A stretch of DNA of 64,000 nucleotides from a virus. The stretch spans positions 1 to 64,000 of the IMG/VR virus record IMGVR_UViG_3300036790_000060; one strand, given 5' to 3'. Each line of letters begins with the position of its first letter. The first letter of the stretch is position 1. The position numbers were made by a program, and so were the translations under genes. Shown piece by piece: positions 35,638 through 44,944 of this stretch. Below the pieces are notes generated by a model, which was not told the DNA's origin, did not search any database, and worked only from the letters and a program-made list of their open reading frames with translations.

Positions 35638-36588
35638 GTGTCGCTGATCGATGAGACCGCCGTAGCGAGTGCGAACCTAGCCGGTCTGCGGACGCTGTCC
35701 AACGATCAGCTGGTTCCGTTCTCACTGTATCAGCGATACGTCCTACCGCTCGATGGCTATGTCTACTGGCTCCGCGTGAACGAAGGCGATCCCGTCCGGG
35801 GATCGATCCACGTGACGGCCGATAAGCGGCAGCTGGAAGACGAGACGATCGCGGTCAACCGCGTCGTTATGACGACCGGCGAAATGGTTCAGGCGTTCAA
35901 CGATATCGGGCCTGACCAGATGTGGATCGGCGAGATCGCTGGCGTCCGCTTCGCGTTCCGGTCGTCGGGTCCGCGATACAAGGTGGCCGGGCTTTACCAC
36001 TACTGGGGCGAAGCCGTCTACCCGGCGCTGACGTCGCAGCTCGTCGATAACGGCGCCCAGCTATCGGCAAAGACGCTGGTGACGTCCAGCAGCCTCCCGC
36101 TATGGCTTAGCCTGAAAACCTACGATCCGGTCCTGACGTCCGTCGTCAACCCCGCCGTTACGCTCTACCCCGCGTTCCTCGTGCCGGACAACCTACGGCC
36201 GCCCTATGGGACGGTCTACGTGATGCCCGACTCGACGACCGCGCTTCAGGACTTCCCAAGCCTCGGTCACACCGAATGGAGACAGCACCAGCTGGTTTCC
36301 GACCGAGTCCGGATAACGCTCTATGGGTTGACGAACGACCAGGTGATGGACTTCGCCCGCGTCGTCTACCAGTACAGTGAGAACGAGGACCTGATGGGGA
36401 TCATGAATGATACCCCCGCCGTTCGGAACCCACAACGCACGCAGGCGGAACTCGGCGTTCTCGCGATGAAGCAGACGCTCATGTACACCGTCAGCTACTA
36501 CCAGCACCGCGCGAACGAGGTGGCGCGCCAGCTGATCACGCAAGCCTCGGTAGCAATCGTCCTTTCGCCCGATGGGCCGGACATCTGA
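35638..36588 (+). CDS. Head-closure/tail-terminator-like structural protein
   Basis: Position before the sheath; function inferred from gene order. Confidence 0.6.
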   Translation: MSLIDETAVASANLAGLRTLSNDQLVPFSLYQRYVLPLDGYVYWLRVNEGDPVRGSIHVTADKRQLEDETIAVNRVVMTTGEMVQAFNDIGPDQMWIGEIAGVRFAFRSSGPRYKVAGLYHYWGEAVYPALTSQLVDNGAQLSAKTLVTSSSLPLWLSLKTYDPVLTSVVNPAVTLYPAFLVPDNLRPPYGTVYVMPDSTTALQDFPSLGHTEWRQHQLVSDRVRITLYGLTNDQVMDFARVVYQYSENEDLMGIMNDTPAVRNPQRTQAELGVLAMKQTLMYTVSYYQHRANEVARQLITQASVAIVLSPDGPDI

Positions 36589-36601
36589 AGGAGTTTTCCA
36601 A

Positions 36602-36907
36602 ATGCCGCAGTATCCCTCCAATCAGCCCGTTGGCCTGAATTACGCCAACATCGCGGCGACCGGCACGAAAGTCGTGAAGTCATCGCCCGGTTTCCTCAAG
36701 GGCTTCGTCATCAATAGCGCGGTCGCTGGCGCCGTCGTGACGTTCTACGATAACACCGCCGGGTCGGGGACGGTCATTTCGGCATTCACGCTGACCAACG
36801 CAATCACGGTGCCGCAGCCTTTCGTGGAAATGGACATCCTGTTCCAGAACGGTTTCGCGGTTGTGGTCGCGACGGACAATGCGGATATCACGTTCACGTA
36901 TCGGTAA
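36602..36907 (+). CDS. Small beta-rich virion protein; paralogue of 31170-31559
   Basis: AAGGAG RBS; VVKSSPGFL...TFYDNTA. Confidence 0.7.
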   Translation: MPQYPSNQPVGLNYANIAATGTKVVKSSPGFLKGFVINSAVAGAVVTFYDNTAGSGTVISAFTLTNAITVPQPFVEMDILFQNGFAVVVATDNADITFTYR

Positions 36908-36951
36908 TCCGCCTCCCTGGCTGAACCTGAACTCCAAGGAGACGCGCACGA

Positions 36952-38625
36952 ATGCCCGCTATCGTAAACGTCAACGTCACGTTGACGCAAGCGCCCACGC
37001 CCAATACGCTGCAGGGCACCGGCGCGTTCATCAGCCAGGGCGGGACGAACACCGCCCCCGGCACTAAAACCTTGCTGACACAGATGTCGACCTTGTCGAC
37101 CTACCTGAACGGCAATAAGGCAATCACGTCCATCACCCAGACGACCGGAACGGCGACGGTCACCACGACCGCCGCACACGGTTTCGCGATCGCCGATACG
37201 ATCTGGCTCACCATTTCCGGTGCGACGCAGACCGGCTACGACGGGTCGTTCCTCTGCACGATCACGACCACGACCGCCTTCACCTATGCCGTCCCGTCCG
37301 GCACCGTCACCCCGGCGACCACGACGACCACGTTCACCTACACCGAAGAAGACGTCGGCGAACTCAACGCGATGAACACCACGTTCTTCGCGCAGGGTGG
37401 CAGCAAGGCCGTCTACGTCCTGGAGCTAGGGCCAGGGAGCGTCAACGAAGGCGTCGCGTCGCTGACTACCTGGATCGCGGCAAACCCGCCAGGCGTCGCC
37501 TATGGGTCCGGCTTCTACGGTTTCTACGGATACCTGGTCCCCCGGACCTGGGACGGGAACGCGAATTTCATCACGCTGCTGGCCAGCTACGAAAGCACGA
37601 CCGCGCTCACGTACTTCTGGATCACGACGACGCTGGCGACCTACACGCTCTACCCCGCGACGGCGAAGTGTGCGGTTCTGTTCATCGAGTCGCCGAACCT
37701 CGCTGTCTACCCGGCGAACGCGCTGACCGCCATCGCCGAGTCCGGCACCGTCGTCACGGCTGCGACGACGACCGCACACGGCGTCGCAGCCGGCGACTGG
37801 TTCCAGGTTTCCGGATGCGTCCCTACCGGCTACAACGGCTGGTGGCAGGCGCAGGTCGGGACGACCGGGACCGCGCTCGTCTGGAACGCGCCGTCCGGCC
37901 TTGGTTCCGAGACGACGCTTGGCACGCTGCTCGCGAACCAGTATGCGAACACGTTCAACCCAACGTCGGAATTCAGCTGGGCATCCGGTTTCTTCGTCAC
38001 GCTGAACTACAACCCGTCCGCGACGAACCAGGTGACGCAGTTCGAATATGCGTTCACGTTCGGCGTCACGCCGTTCCCGGTCCTGGGCATGTCGGCGCTC
38101 CTGACGACGCTGAAGACCGCGAACGTCAACGTGATGGGGACCGGCGCGGAAGGCGGCTTGTCAGGAACGATGATCGTCGGCGGTAACACGCTGGACGGGA
38201 ACTCGTTCAACTTCTGGTATGCCATCGACTGGATGAACGTCAACATCAACCTGAACGTTTCGAACTACATCATCAACGGTTCGAACAACCCGTCAGCGCC
38301 GGTCTATTACAACCAGCCCGGTATCAACGGCGGACAGGCGGTCGGCGCCGGGACGATCACCAGCGCCATCTCCTACGGGATGTGCTACGGCAGTCTGCTT
38401 CAGACCGAATTGTCGTCCACGCAGTTCGCCGCGAACGTGGCGGCGGGTATCTACAACGGCTACGCCGTCATCAACGCGATCCCGGCGGCGACCTACGCGC
38501 AGGTGAACCCGAGCGCCTACAAGCTGCGATCCTACGGCGGCTACGCCGTGTCGTTCGCGCCGCAGCTCGGGTTTGATAACGTCACGTTCAATCTCAACGC
38601 AACCACGTTCGTCGGTCAGGGGTAA
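36952..38625 (+). CDS. Contractile tail sheath protein (DUF3383-like) with two inserted beta domains
   Basis: IVNVNVT, FFAQG, FNFWYAIDW and YYNQPGIN motifs; size and position before the tube gene. Confidence 0.82.
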   Translation: MPAIVNVNVTLTQAPTPNTLQGTGAFISQGGTNTAPGTKTLLTQMSTLSTYLNGNKAITSITQTTGTATVTTTAAHGFAIADTIWLTISGATQTGYDGSFLCTITTTTAFTYAVPSGTVTPATTTTTFTYTEEDVGELNAMNTTFFAQGGSKAVYVLELGPGSVNEGVASLTTWIAANPPGVAYGSGFYGFYGYLVPRTWDGNANFITLLASYESTTALTYFWITTTLATYTLYPATAKCAVLFIESPNLAVYPANALTAIAESGTVVTAATTTAHGVAAGDWFQVSGCVPTGYNGWWQAQVGTTGTALVWNAPSGLGSETTLGTLLANQYANTFNPTSEFSWASGFFVTLNYNPSATNQVTQFEYAFTFGVTPFPVLGMSALLTTLKTANVNVMGTGAEGGLSGTMIVGGNTLDGNSFNFWYAIDWMNVNINLNVSNYIINGSNNPSAPVYYNQPGINGGQAVGAGTITSAISYGMCYGSLLQTELSSTQFAANVAAGIYNGYAVINAIPAATYAQVNPSAYKLRSYGGYAVSFAPQLGFDNVTFNLNATTFVGQG

Positions 38626-38631
38626 TCAGAC

Positions 38632-39075
38632 ATGTCGGGTAACAACCCTAATATTGCGTTGGGGACGCTGAACCGGATACGGGCGAGCGTGACCTGGGCC
38701 ACCTTCCCAGGTCTGAGCGTGTCCGCGTCCTACCTCAGCAAACGTGGCATTACCCTGTCGTTCGCGGGTGAAGCGACGGTCTACATCGACGTGATGACCG
38801 GCGCCGTCACGTCGCCGGAACCGTATCTTCGCGCGACGTTCACCCTCCACCTTCTGAAAACCCAGTCGCTCGCGAACTCCTACAAGCTCCAGATGGAGCT
38901 GTTCTCCCTGTTGGGTCAGTGCACGATCCGGCCGGACGCGGCGACGATGAACCCGTGGAACCTGACGAACTGTTCGATCACCGGTGTCGAAGGTCTCGAC
39001 TTCGCCGGCACGACACCCGAGTACACCGTGCGGTGCGGTGGCATCTACCTTATCAACTCCACACTCTTTACCTGA
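38632..39075 (+). CDS. Tail tube protein
   Basis: 147 aa directly after the sheath; GAVTSPEPY motif. Confidence 0.78.
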   Translation: MSGNNPNIALGTLNRIRASVTWATFPGLSVSASYLSKRGITLSFAGEATVYIDVMTGAVTSPEPYLRATFTLHLLKTQSLANSYKLQMELFSLLGQCTIRPDAATMNPWNLTNCSITGVEGLDFAGTTPEYTVRCGGIYLINSTLFT

Positions 39076-39087
39076 AGGACTTCCAGG

Positions 39088-39711
39088 ATGCGACTCAATG
39101 AGCGACTTAACCTGGTGATACCAGTCTACGACGATCACGACAAACTCGTCGGCCACGTCCATTCGACGCCGGTGTCTCTCGCGACGTTCGAAGTCAACCA
39201 CGCGATCGTCGCCCGGACGTTCACCTCGCTGTTCTCTTCCGGCTACGGCGAAGTGGCCGGGCCGCGCGTCGCGGCGATGATCATGCGTAGCCTGGCGAAA
39301 AGGTATGGCGATGACGCCGAGGAATTCATCGGCGAAGTCGTCCGTCTTTCCCGCTACGTGCACGGCGCGGCGAAGGGATGGGAAACGCTCCCGCTAGAAG
39401 ATGCGATCGCTGAAGGCGTTCTCACCGATGAGGATGCTTCGGAGGTCATCAACGCAATCGTTTTTTTTACTGTCGCCTCGGCGATGCTTCCTCGGAAGAC
39501 GGTGAATTCAACGATCGCGTCGGCTGCAAGAATATGGAATGCGTCGACATCCTCATTAGAGTTTACGGCCTGGGTAACTTCCTTGCGGACGTCGACAAAA
39601 GCCGTAGCTTCGAAGAAGACGGTCGCACCGCCTACCGAACACGCGGTGGAACCGGCGGGACTCCAGGTGATGAAAGATGGACTGACATCAACGTTGCAGG
39701 TGCCATCCTAG
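39088..39711 (+). CDS. Tail assembly chaperone; possible -1 frameshift product extends to 39842
   Basis: Between tube and tape measure; T8 run at 39461-39468 with an open -1 frame. Confidence 0.7.
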   Translation: MRLNERLNLVIPVYDDHDKLVGHVHSTPVSLATFEVNHAIVARTFTSLFSSGYGEVAGPRVAAMIMRSLAKRYGDDAEEFIGEVVRLSRYVHGAAKGWETLPLEDAIAEGVLTDEDASEVINAIVFFTVASAMLPRKTVNSTIASAARIWNASTSSLEFTAWVTSLRTSTKAVASKKTVAPPTEHAVEPAGLQVMKDGLTSTLQVPS

Positions 39712-39845
39712 GGTGGGCGGCCGGGTCCGGCTTCCGTGAACTCGCCGAGGACGTCGGATTGATGTTCTCGACGGCCTCCGAATTCCGGTCCCGGCATATG
39801 ACGAAGAGTCTGTTCGCTGCCTTAAAGGCGCTGAAAGGATAAGCC

Positions 39846-41774
39846 ATGACGATACACGCGCTCCTCGATGTCGACGTGGCGGATGAGAAGTTCAAGCAGT
39901 TTGCGCAGGTCTTCGACCAATACCAGGAGGCGCTCAAGAAGACCGCGCCGCAATGGAAACAGGTCAATACGGAGATCGACGCGGCGGCCGACGCGATGGA
40001 CGAAGTCCACGATGCGACGTCCCAGGTCGATGAGCGCGTGCGTCAGATCGGCACGACCTTCCAGCAGAACATCCTGATCCTCGGCCAGCAGACCAAGGAA
40101 CTGACCGAACAGGAGAAACTGGCGAAGGCGAAGGCCGACGCGGAGAAGAAGGCCGCTGCCGATGCCGCACGGCACGATAAAGAGCGGGCCAAGATGTGGC
40201 ACGACATGGCGCGTGACTCCAAGGCGTTCGCCGTGGGGATCGCCGACGCGACCAAGCAGCTCCTTCGCTGGGGCGAACTGACCGGCCTGATCGGCGGCCT
40301 CCTCGGCGCCGGTGGCCTGTTCGGCATCGATCGCCTCGCCCAGGCGGCGGGGAACGAACGGCGCACCGCGACCGGCCTGGGTCTCACGACCGGGCAGGAA
40401 CGGTCTATCGGCGTCAATCTCCAGCGGTATGTCGATCCCGGCGCAGTCGAGAACGGCATCGTCAGCGCTCTTCAGGACCCGACGAAAGCCGTCCCGTTCA
40501 TGAACCTCGGGCTGAACCCGCAGGCCGAAGCCGGGAAGGGAAACTTCCAAGCCATAATCGACACGATGACGGCCGTGAAGAAGCTGGTCGATGCGACGCC
40601 TACCAATCAGCTCGGGAACGTTCTGCAATACCGCCACCTCGACCAGCTCGGCCTTAGCCTTCAAGATCTGAACCGGATCAAGAGCGAGAACCCGGCCGAA
40701 TTCGCGAAGAACATGCAGCGCACGGCGGCCGACGCGAACAACCTCGGTTACAGTGATCCGACTGCGAAGGCGTGGCAGGATTTGCAGGTTCAGCTCAAGC
40801 GTGCCGGGGCGGAGATCGAAGCCGATCTAGTCCAGGGGCTCGTGAAGGCGGCGCCCGCGATCGATCACCTGTCGTCCGCCGTGACCGACGCGGTCGGCGA
40901 ATTCACCAAGAGCAATGGGTTTACGTATCTCATTTCCGAAGTGTCCGAAGGTTTGGAAGACTTCTCCAAGTTCATCGGATCGCAGGGTTTCAAGGATGAC
41001 GTAAAGACGTTCGCGGCCGACGTCGGTGTGCTGGCGCACGCGATCGATAGCGCGATGCACTGGATCGCCAGATGGATCAAGGGCGATGCCGATAAGGACT
41101 ACTCCGATCCGACCGGGATGTACGGTCCTGCTACCGGAAACGATCCTGCCCACCCCGGCGTGAACCTGGGGAGCGGCAAGGACTGGAACTGGCTGATGGG
41201 TAATCCCAACCCGAACGCCCACGCCTCCAGGATCAGTAGCCCGGAAGCGATGGCGAACGAAGTCGCGATCCACAACCAATTGATCGCGGGCGGTCTCAGC
41301 GAAACCGCTACCGCCGGTATCCTCGGGAACCTCCAGCAGGAGAGCGGTTTCAACCCGATGAACGAAAATCCCAGTCATCACTTCGGCATCGCGCAGTGGG
41401 ATACGAACCGGCAAGCGAACTTCAAGAAGCTGTTCGGCCACGACATCCGTCAGTCAACGCTGGCGGAACAGGTGGCGTTCCTTCAGCACGAACTCCACGG
41501 TGACTACGGCGAAACGCTCTCCCAGCTGAACGCAGCCGGATCGCGCCGTCAGGCCGCTACGGTGTTCAACCAAGGCTTCGAAGTGTCCGGCGACGACTCC
41601 GGCGTGCGCGAAGCGAACGCGGTTCAGGCTGGCAACAAGTTCGCGACGCAGGGGCCATCCACCCCGGCCTATAACCAGCTGCCGGTTCGGAACGGTTCGC
41701 AGGTCGTGATCACCGACGCGACCGGCGGTAACGTGCATATGAACCTTGCGGCCGCTGCTTCGGGAGGTCCGTGA
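39846..41774 (+). CDS. Tape measure protein with C-terminal phage tail lysozyme domain
   Basis: Ala-rich helical N-terminus; AGILGNLQQESGFNP, GIAQWD..R and EQVAFLQHEL (Phage_lysozyme2-like). Confidence 0.88.
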   Translation: MTIHALLDVDVADEKFKQFAQVFDQYQEALKKTAPQWKQVNTEIDAAADAMDEVHDATSQVDERVRQIGTTFQQNILILGQQTKELTEQEKLAKAKADAEKKAAADAARHDKERAKMWHDMARDSKAFAVGIADATKQLLRWGELTGLIGGLLGAGGLFGIDRLAQAAGNERRTATGLGLTTGQERSIGVNLQRYVDPGAVENGIVSALQDPTKAVPFMNLGLNPQAEAGKGNFQAIIDTMTAVKKLVDATPTNQLGNVLQYRHLDQLGLSLQDLNRIKSENPAEFAKNMQRTAADANNLGYSDPTAKAWQDLQVQLKRAGAEIEADLVQGLVKAAPAIDHLSSAVTDAVGEFTKSNGFTYLISEVSEGLEDFSKFIGSQGFKDDVKTFAADVGVLAHAIDSAMHWIARWIKGDADKDYSDPTGMYGPATGNDPAHPGVNLGSGKDWNWLMGNPNPNAHASRISSPEAMANEVAIHNQLIAGGLSETATAGILGNLQQESGFNPMNENPSHHFGIAQWDTNRQANFKKLFGHDIRQSTLAEQVAFLQHELHGDYGETLSQLNAAGSRRQAATVFNQGFEVSGDDSGVREANAVQAGNKFATQGPSTPAYNQLPVRNGSQVVITDATGGNVHMNLAAAASGGP

Positions 41775-42088
41775 TGTCGACCGTCACCGACTTCACCCCA
41801 TCGATCAATTCCGTCTTCCAGTTCCAGGCGAACCTGACCGGGGCGAACCCGATCAACGTATCGTCTACGTCCACCACGTTCATCGTGTCGGTCATCTGGA
41901 ATGTCTACAGAGGCGGCGGCGGGTATCCCGGCTGGTACATCCTGATCGCCGACGAAGGCGGTAGTCAGGTCCTGTGCACGCCTCTGATCGGTTCGCCGCC
42001 CGGTTATCCGATATCGCTGACGGCCGGATACTTCACGTCAACGCTCGTCTTCCTTGAAGCGACGAACCAGTTTGTGGTGACGCCGTGA
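41771..42088 (+). CDS. Small baseplate protein
   Basis: Position; WNVY...WYI motif. Confidence 0.65.
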   Translation: MMSTVTDFTPSINSVFQFQANLTGANPINVSSTSTTFIVSVIWNVYRGGGGYPGWYILIADEGGSQVLCTPLIGSPPGYPISLTAGYFTSTLVFLEATNQFVVTP

Positions 42089-43128
42089 GGTATTATCGGA
42101 TCATCATCACCAACGATGACGGGTCGATCTACAGGTTCAAGTCGCTCGGCACCGCGATCGATCCGCCATCGACGCTGAGCAGTCTGCTGCCGGGTGGACC
42201 GCAGAACCCGGCGTATGGATTGACGAACCCGGCCGCGCTTCAGATCGAACTCGACCTGCCGGTGTCGTCCTACGGCGATCCGACCGGGAACGCGCTGCTG
42301 ACGATCCATAACCTCGGGATCGTGGACGTCAGCAGCGCGGCCGATCTGGCCGGATTGAACATCCAGATATTCGGCGGGATGGCGAAGGGCCTGCCGCTGG
42401 CGAACCCGGCGCAGGCCGGGCTCCTGTTCGAAGGGCACATCTTCACGTCGTGGGGGATGTGGTTCAACGAACGGCAGTGCATCACGCTGAACATGACGCC
42501 CGGACTGCTCGCGGCGAACAAGAAGGGTCCGGCTGTCGGCAGCCCGAACGCGCCGCAGAACTTCCCAGTCGCCTGGAAAACCGGGACGCCGCTGGGCCAA
42601 GCCATCGCCCAGACGCTGTCGATCGCGATGCCGGGGATGGCGCAGAATATCAATATCTCGCCGAACATCGTCCTCAATCACGACTCGGCCGGGCAGTATC
42701 AAAGCCTGACGCAGTTCGCCGAAGCGGTCGATGTCGTCGCGCGATCGATCCTCGGCGCCGGTTATCCGGGCATCAGCGTCTACGTGAACGGCGGGACGAT
42801 CACCGTCGCGGATATGACGGCGACCGCGAACGTGATCAAGATCGCGCCGCAGGATATCATCGGCCAGCCTACGTGGGTCCAGTTCAACCAGATTAGCGTT
42901 CAGCTCGTCATGCGCGCCGATATCCACAACGGCGACACGATCACGCTACCCGCGATCGTCGTTCAGACAGGTTCCGGCGCACGGTCAGCGTGGCAGAATA
43001 TACCGGCTAACAAGCTCACGTTCAGCGGCAACTTCGTCGTCCAGCAGCTTCGCCACCTTGGCAATTTCCGCCAGGAAGACGGCGAGGCGTGGAACACGAC
43101 TTACACCTGCAACGTCGCTTCGGCGTAG
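42085..43128 (+). CDS. Baseplate hub protein
   Basis: MRYYRIII start; IIGQPTW and HLGNFR...W.T motifs. Confidence 0.75.
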   Translation: MRYYRIIITNDDGSIYRFKSLGTAIDPPSTLSSLLPGGPQNPAYGLTNPAALQIELDLPVSSYGDPTGNALLTIHNLGIVDVSSAADLAGLNIQIFGGMAKGLPLANPAQAGLLFEGHIFTSWGMWFNERQCITLNMTPGLLAANKKGPAVGSPNAPQNFPVAWKTGTPLGQAIAQTLSIAMPGMAQNINISPNIVLNHDSAGQYQSLTQFAEAVDVVARSILGAGYPGISVYVNGGTITVADMTATANVIKIAPQDIIGQPTWVQFNQISVQLVMRADIHNGDTITLPAIVVQTGSGARSAWQNIPANKLTFSGNFVVQQLRHLGNFRQEDGEAWNTTYTCNVASA

Positions 43129-43137
43129 GAAGACCAG

Positions 43138-43929
43138 ATGTCAGGCGCACTATCGGCCGCTACCACCGTCGTCCAGGTCGGCCTGATCACGCCGTTCAAG
43201 CTGGCGTTCGAGCTGTCGCCCATTATCTTGTGCGGCGGTATCGCGCAGAATTCGGTCGGCGGTATGATGCCGATACTCCAGCTTACGCAGCCTGATCTGA
43301 CGTCGTTCAATCCGACGTCGATCGGGCCGAACGGCCTCCTGCTGCCGGTCACGCTTGATCAGTATTTCGCCCACTGGGTGCCACTACCCGGCGGCGAGAT
43401 CGGGAAGAACAAGGTCAGCACGTTCCCGTTCGCGAACCAGGCGGTGGCCGGCAACGCGATGATCGCGCAGCCGCTTACGCTTTCGATGCTGATGGTCTGC
43501 CCGACGCAGGCATCGTACAGCCAGTCGGCCACGGTGTTTTCGTCTGTCGTCTACGCGCTGAACCAGCACGATGCACTGGGCGGCAGTTACACGATCATGA
43601 CACCGAAGTTCCCCTACACGAACATGCTCCGACTCCGGGGTGTGGATGCGTCGCACGGAAGCACGCATCAGGCGCAGAACGCATACCAGTTCGACTTCTA
43701 CGCGCCGCTGCTGACGCTCGAACAAGCGCAGAACGCGCAGAACTCACTGATGTCGAAGCTATCCGCCGGGACGCAGGTTTCGACGCCTCAGTACTCCAGC
43801 CCGGCGACGACCGTAGGCACGCCGTCGTCCCTGGCGACCGGGACGGCTACCGGTAGTTCGATCGCCGGGACGAGCATCGCGCCGTTCCCGACGCCACCGA
43901 TACCGCCCACTGGGACGCCACCAACATAA
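43138..43929 (+). CDS. Baseplate/tube-initiator-like protein
   Basis: FPFANQAVAGNAMI..P motif; position. Confidence 0.65.
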   Translation: MSGALSAATTVVQVGLITPFKLAFELSPIILCGGIAQNSVGGMMPILQLTQPDLTSFNPTSIGPNGLLLPVTLDQYFAHWVPLPGGEIGKNKVSTFPFANQAVAGNAMIAQPLTLSMLMVCPTQASYSQSATVFSSVVYALNQHDALGGSYTIMTPKFPYTNMLRLRGVDASHGSTHQAQNAYQFDFYAPLLTLEQAQNAQNSLMSKLSAGTQVSTPQYSSPATTVGTPSSLATGTATGSSIAGTSIAPFPTPPIPPTGTPPT

Positions 43930-44588
43930 TGCCCAATCTATCACAGCGCGTCTGGACTGGTCAAGTCACCCAGCGTCTAGCGAAGCAGAAGGCGGCGGAC
44001 CAGATCGTAGAGACCGGGATGTCGCTGCCGTGCCACGTGACGAAGGTCATAAGCGCGCACATCGTGGTCGTCGCGTTCGACGTTCAGGCGGTATCGGGGC
44101 ACACCCCGCTTACGCTCCAGTCGATCACGCTGCCCGTCCTCGGAAGCCAGTGGTTCAGAAGCCCGATCCAGGTTGGCACGCAGGGCTCGACGATAGCGGC
44201 CGACGTCTACCTCGGCGGCGTGTCCGGTCTGGGAGGCGGCACGGCCGTGATGGCGAGGCCGCTGAACCTCGACGGGCTGATGTTCTCCCCGCTAGGTCAG
44301 ACCAACTGGCCTACCGCGCTTGGAAGCTATTCGATCAACCCGAATATGGCGACCGTTTATGGCCCGGCCGGTGCGGTGCTTTCGGACACGGCGGGCGAGA
44401 ATATGGTGGTCGTATCGTCCGGCGGGACGGTCGCGATCACGGCGCAGACGTCGATCACCTTGACGGTCGGCGGCAAGACGATCGTTATCAATTCGTCCGG
44501 CATCACGCTGGACGGCATCCTCTGGGATACGCACCAGCATCAGGGTGGCAACGGCGGCACTGGCTTGACCGGAGGACCACAGGCATGA
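43929..44588 (+). CDS. Baseplate central spike
   Basis: SLPCHV N-terminal OB-like region, beta-helix-like repeats and C-terminal HQH...TGGP. Confidence 0.82.
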   Translation: MPNLSQRVWTGQVTQRLAKQKAADQIVETGMSLPCHVTKVISAHIVVVAFDVQAVSGHTPLTLQSITLPVLGSQWFRSPIQVGTQGSTIAADVYLGGVSGLGGGTAVMARPLNLDGLMFSPLGQTNWPTALGSYSINPNMATVYGPAGAVLSDTAGENMVVVSSGGTVAITAQTSITLTVGGKTIVINSSGITLDGILWDTHQHQGGNGGTGLTGGPQA

Positions 44589-44944
44589 GGACGTGGGGAC
44601 GAATAAACCAGGTCAACGGCCTGGGCGGCACATGGGTCGAAGTGACGACCGACTCCAACGGCTATAACGACGGCGTGTATTTGACGACGCTGGTTCAGGT
44701 GTTGAAGCTGAACCTCGGCGAGTCGCCGTTCTACGCGAACTACGGCATCCCGGCGGCGCCGTCCGTCATCACGCAGATACAGCCCGACTACTACGCGGCT
44801 ATGACGCAGAAGCAGTTCGCACCGTATTTCGCCAGCCTGCAGATATTCAAGGCGACCGTCCAGGCGAACCCGGTCAAACCGACGTATAACATCACTCTTA
44901 TAACCCAGAACGGCTCGACCGTCAGTGGTCCGGTGGCGACATGA
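44585..44944 (+). CDS. Baseplate wedge (gpW/gp25-like)
   Basis: GGAGG RBS; LKLNLGESPFYANYGIP motif. Confidence 0.75.
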   Translation: MRTWGRINQVNGLGGTWVEVTTDSNGYNDGVYLTTLVQVLKLNLGESPFYANYGIPAAPSVITQIQPDYYAAMTQKQFAPYFASLQIFKATVQANPVKPTYNITLITQNGSTVSGPVAT

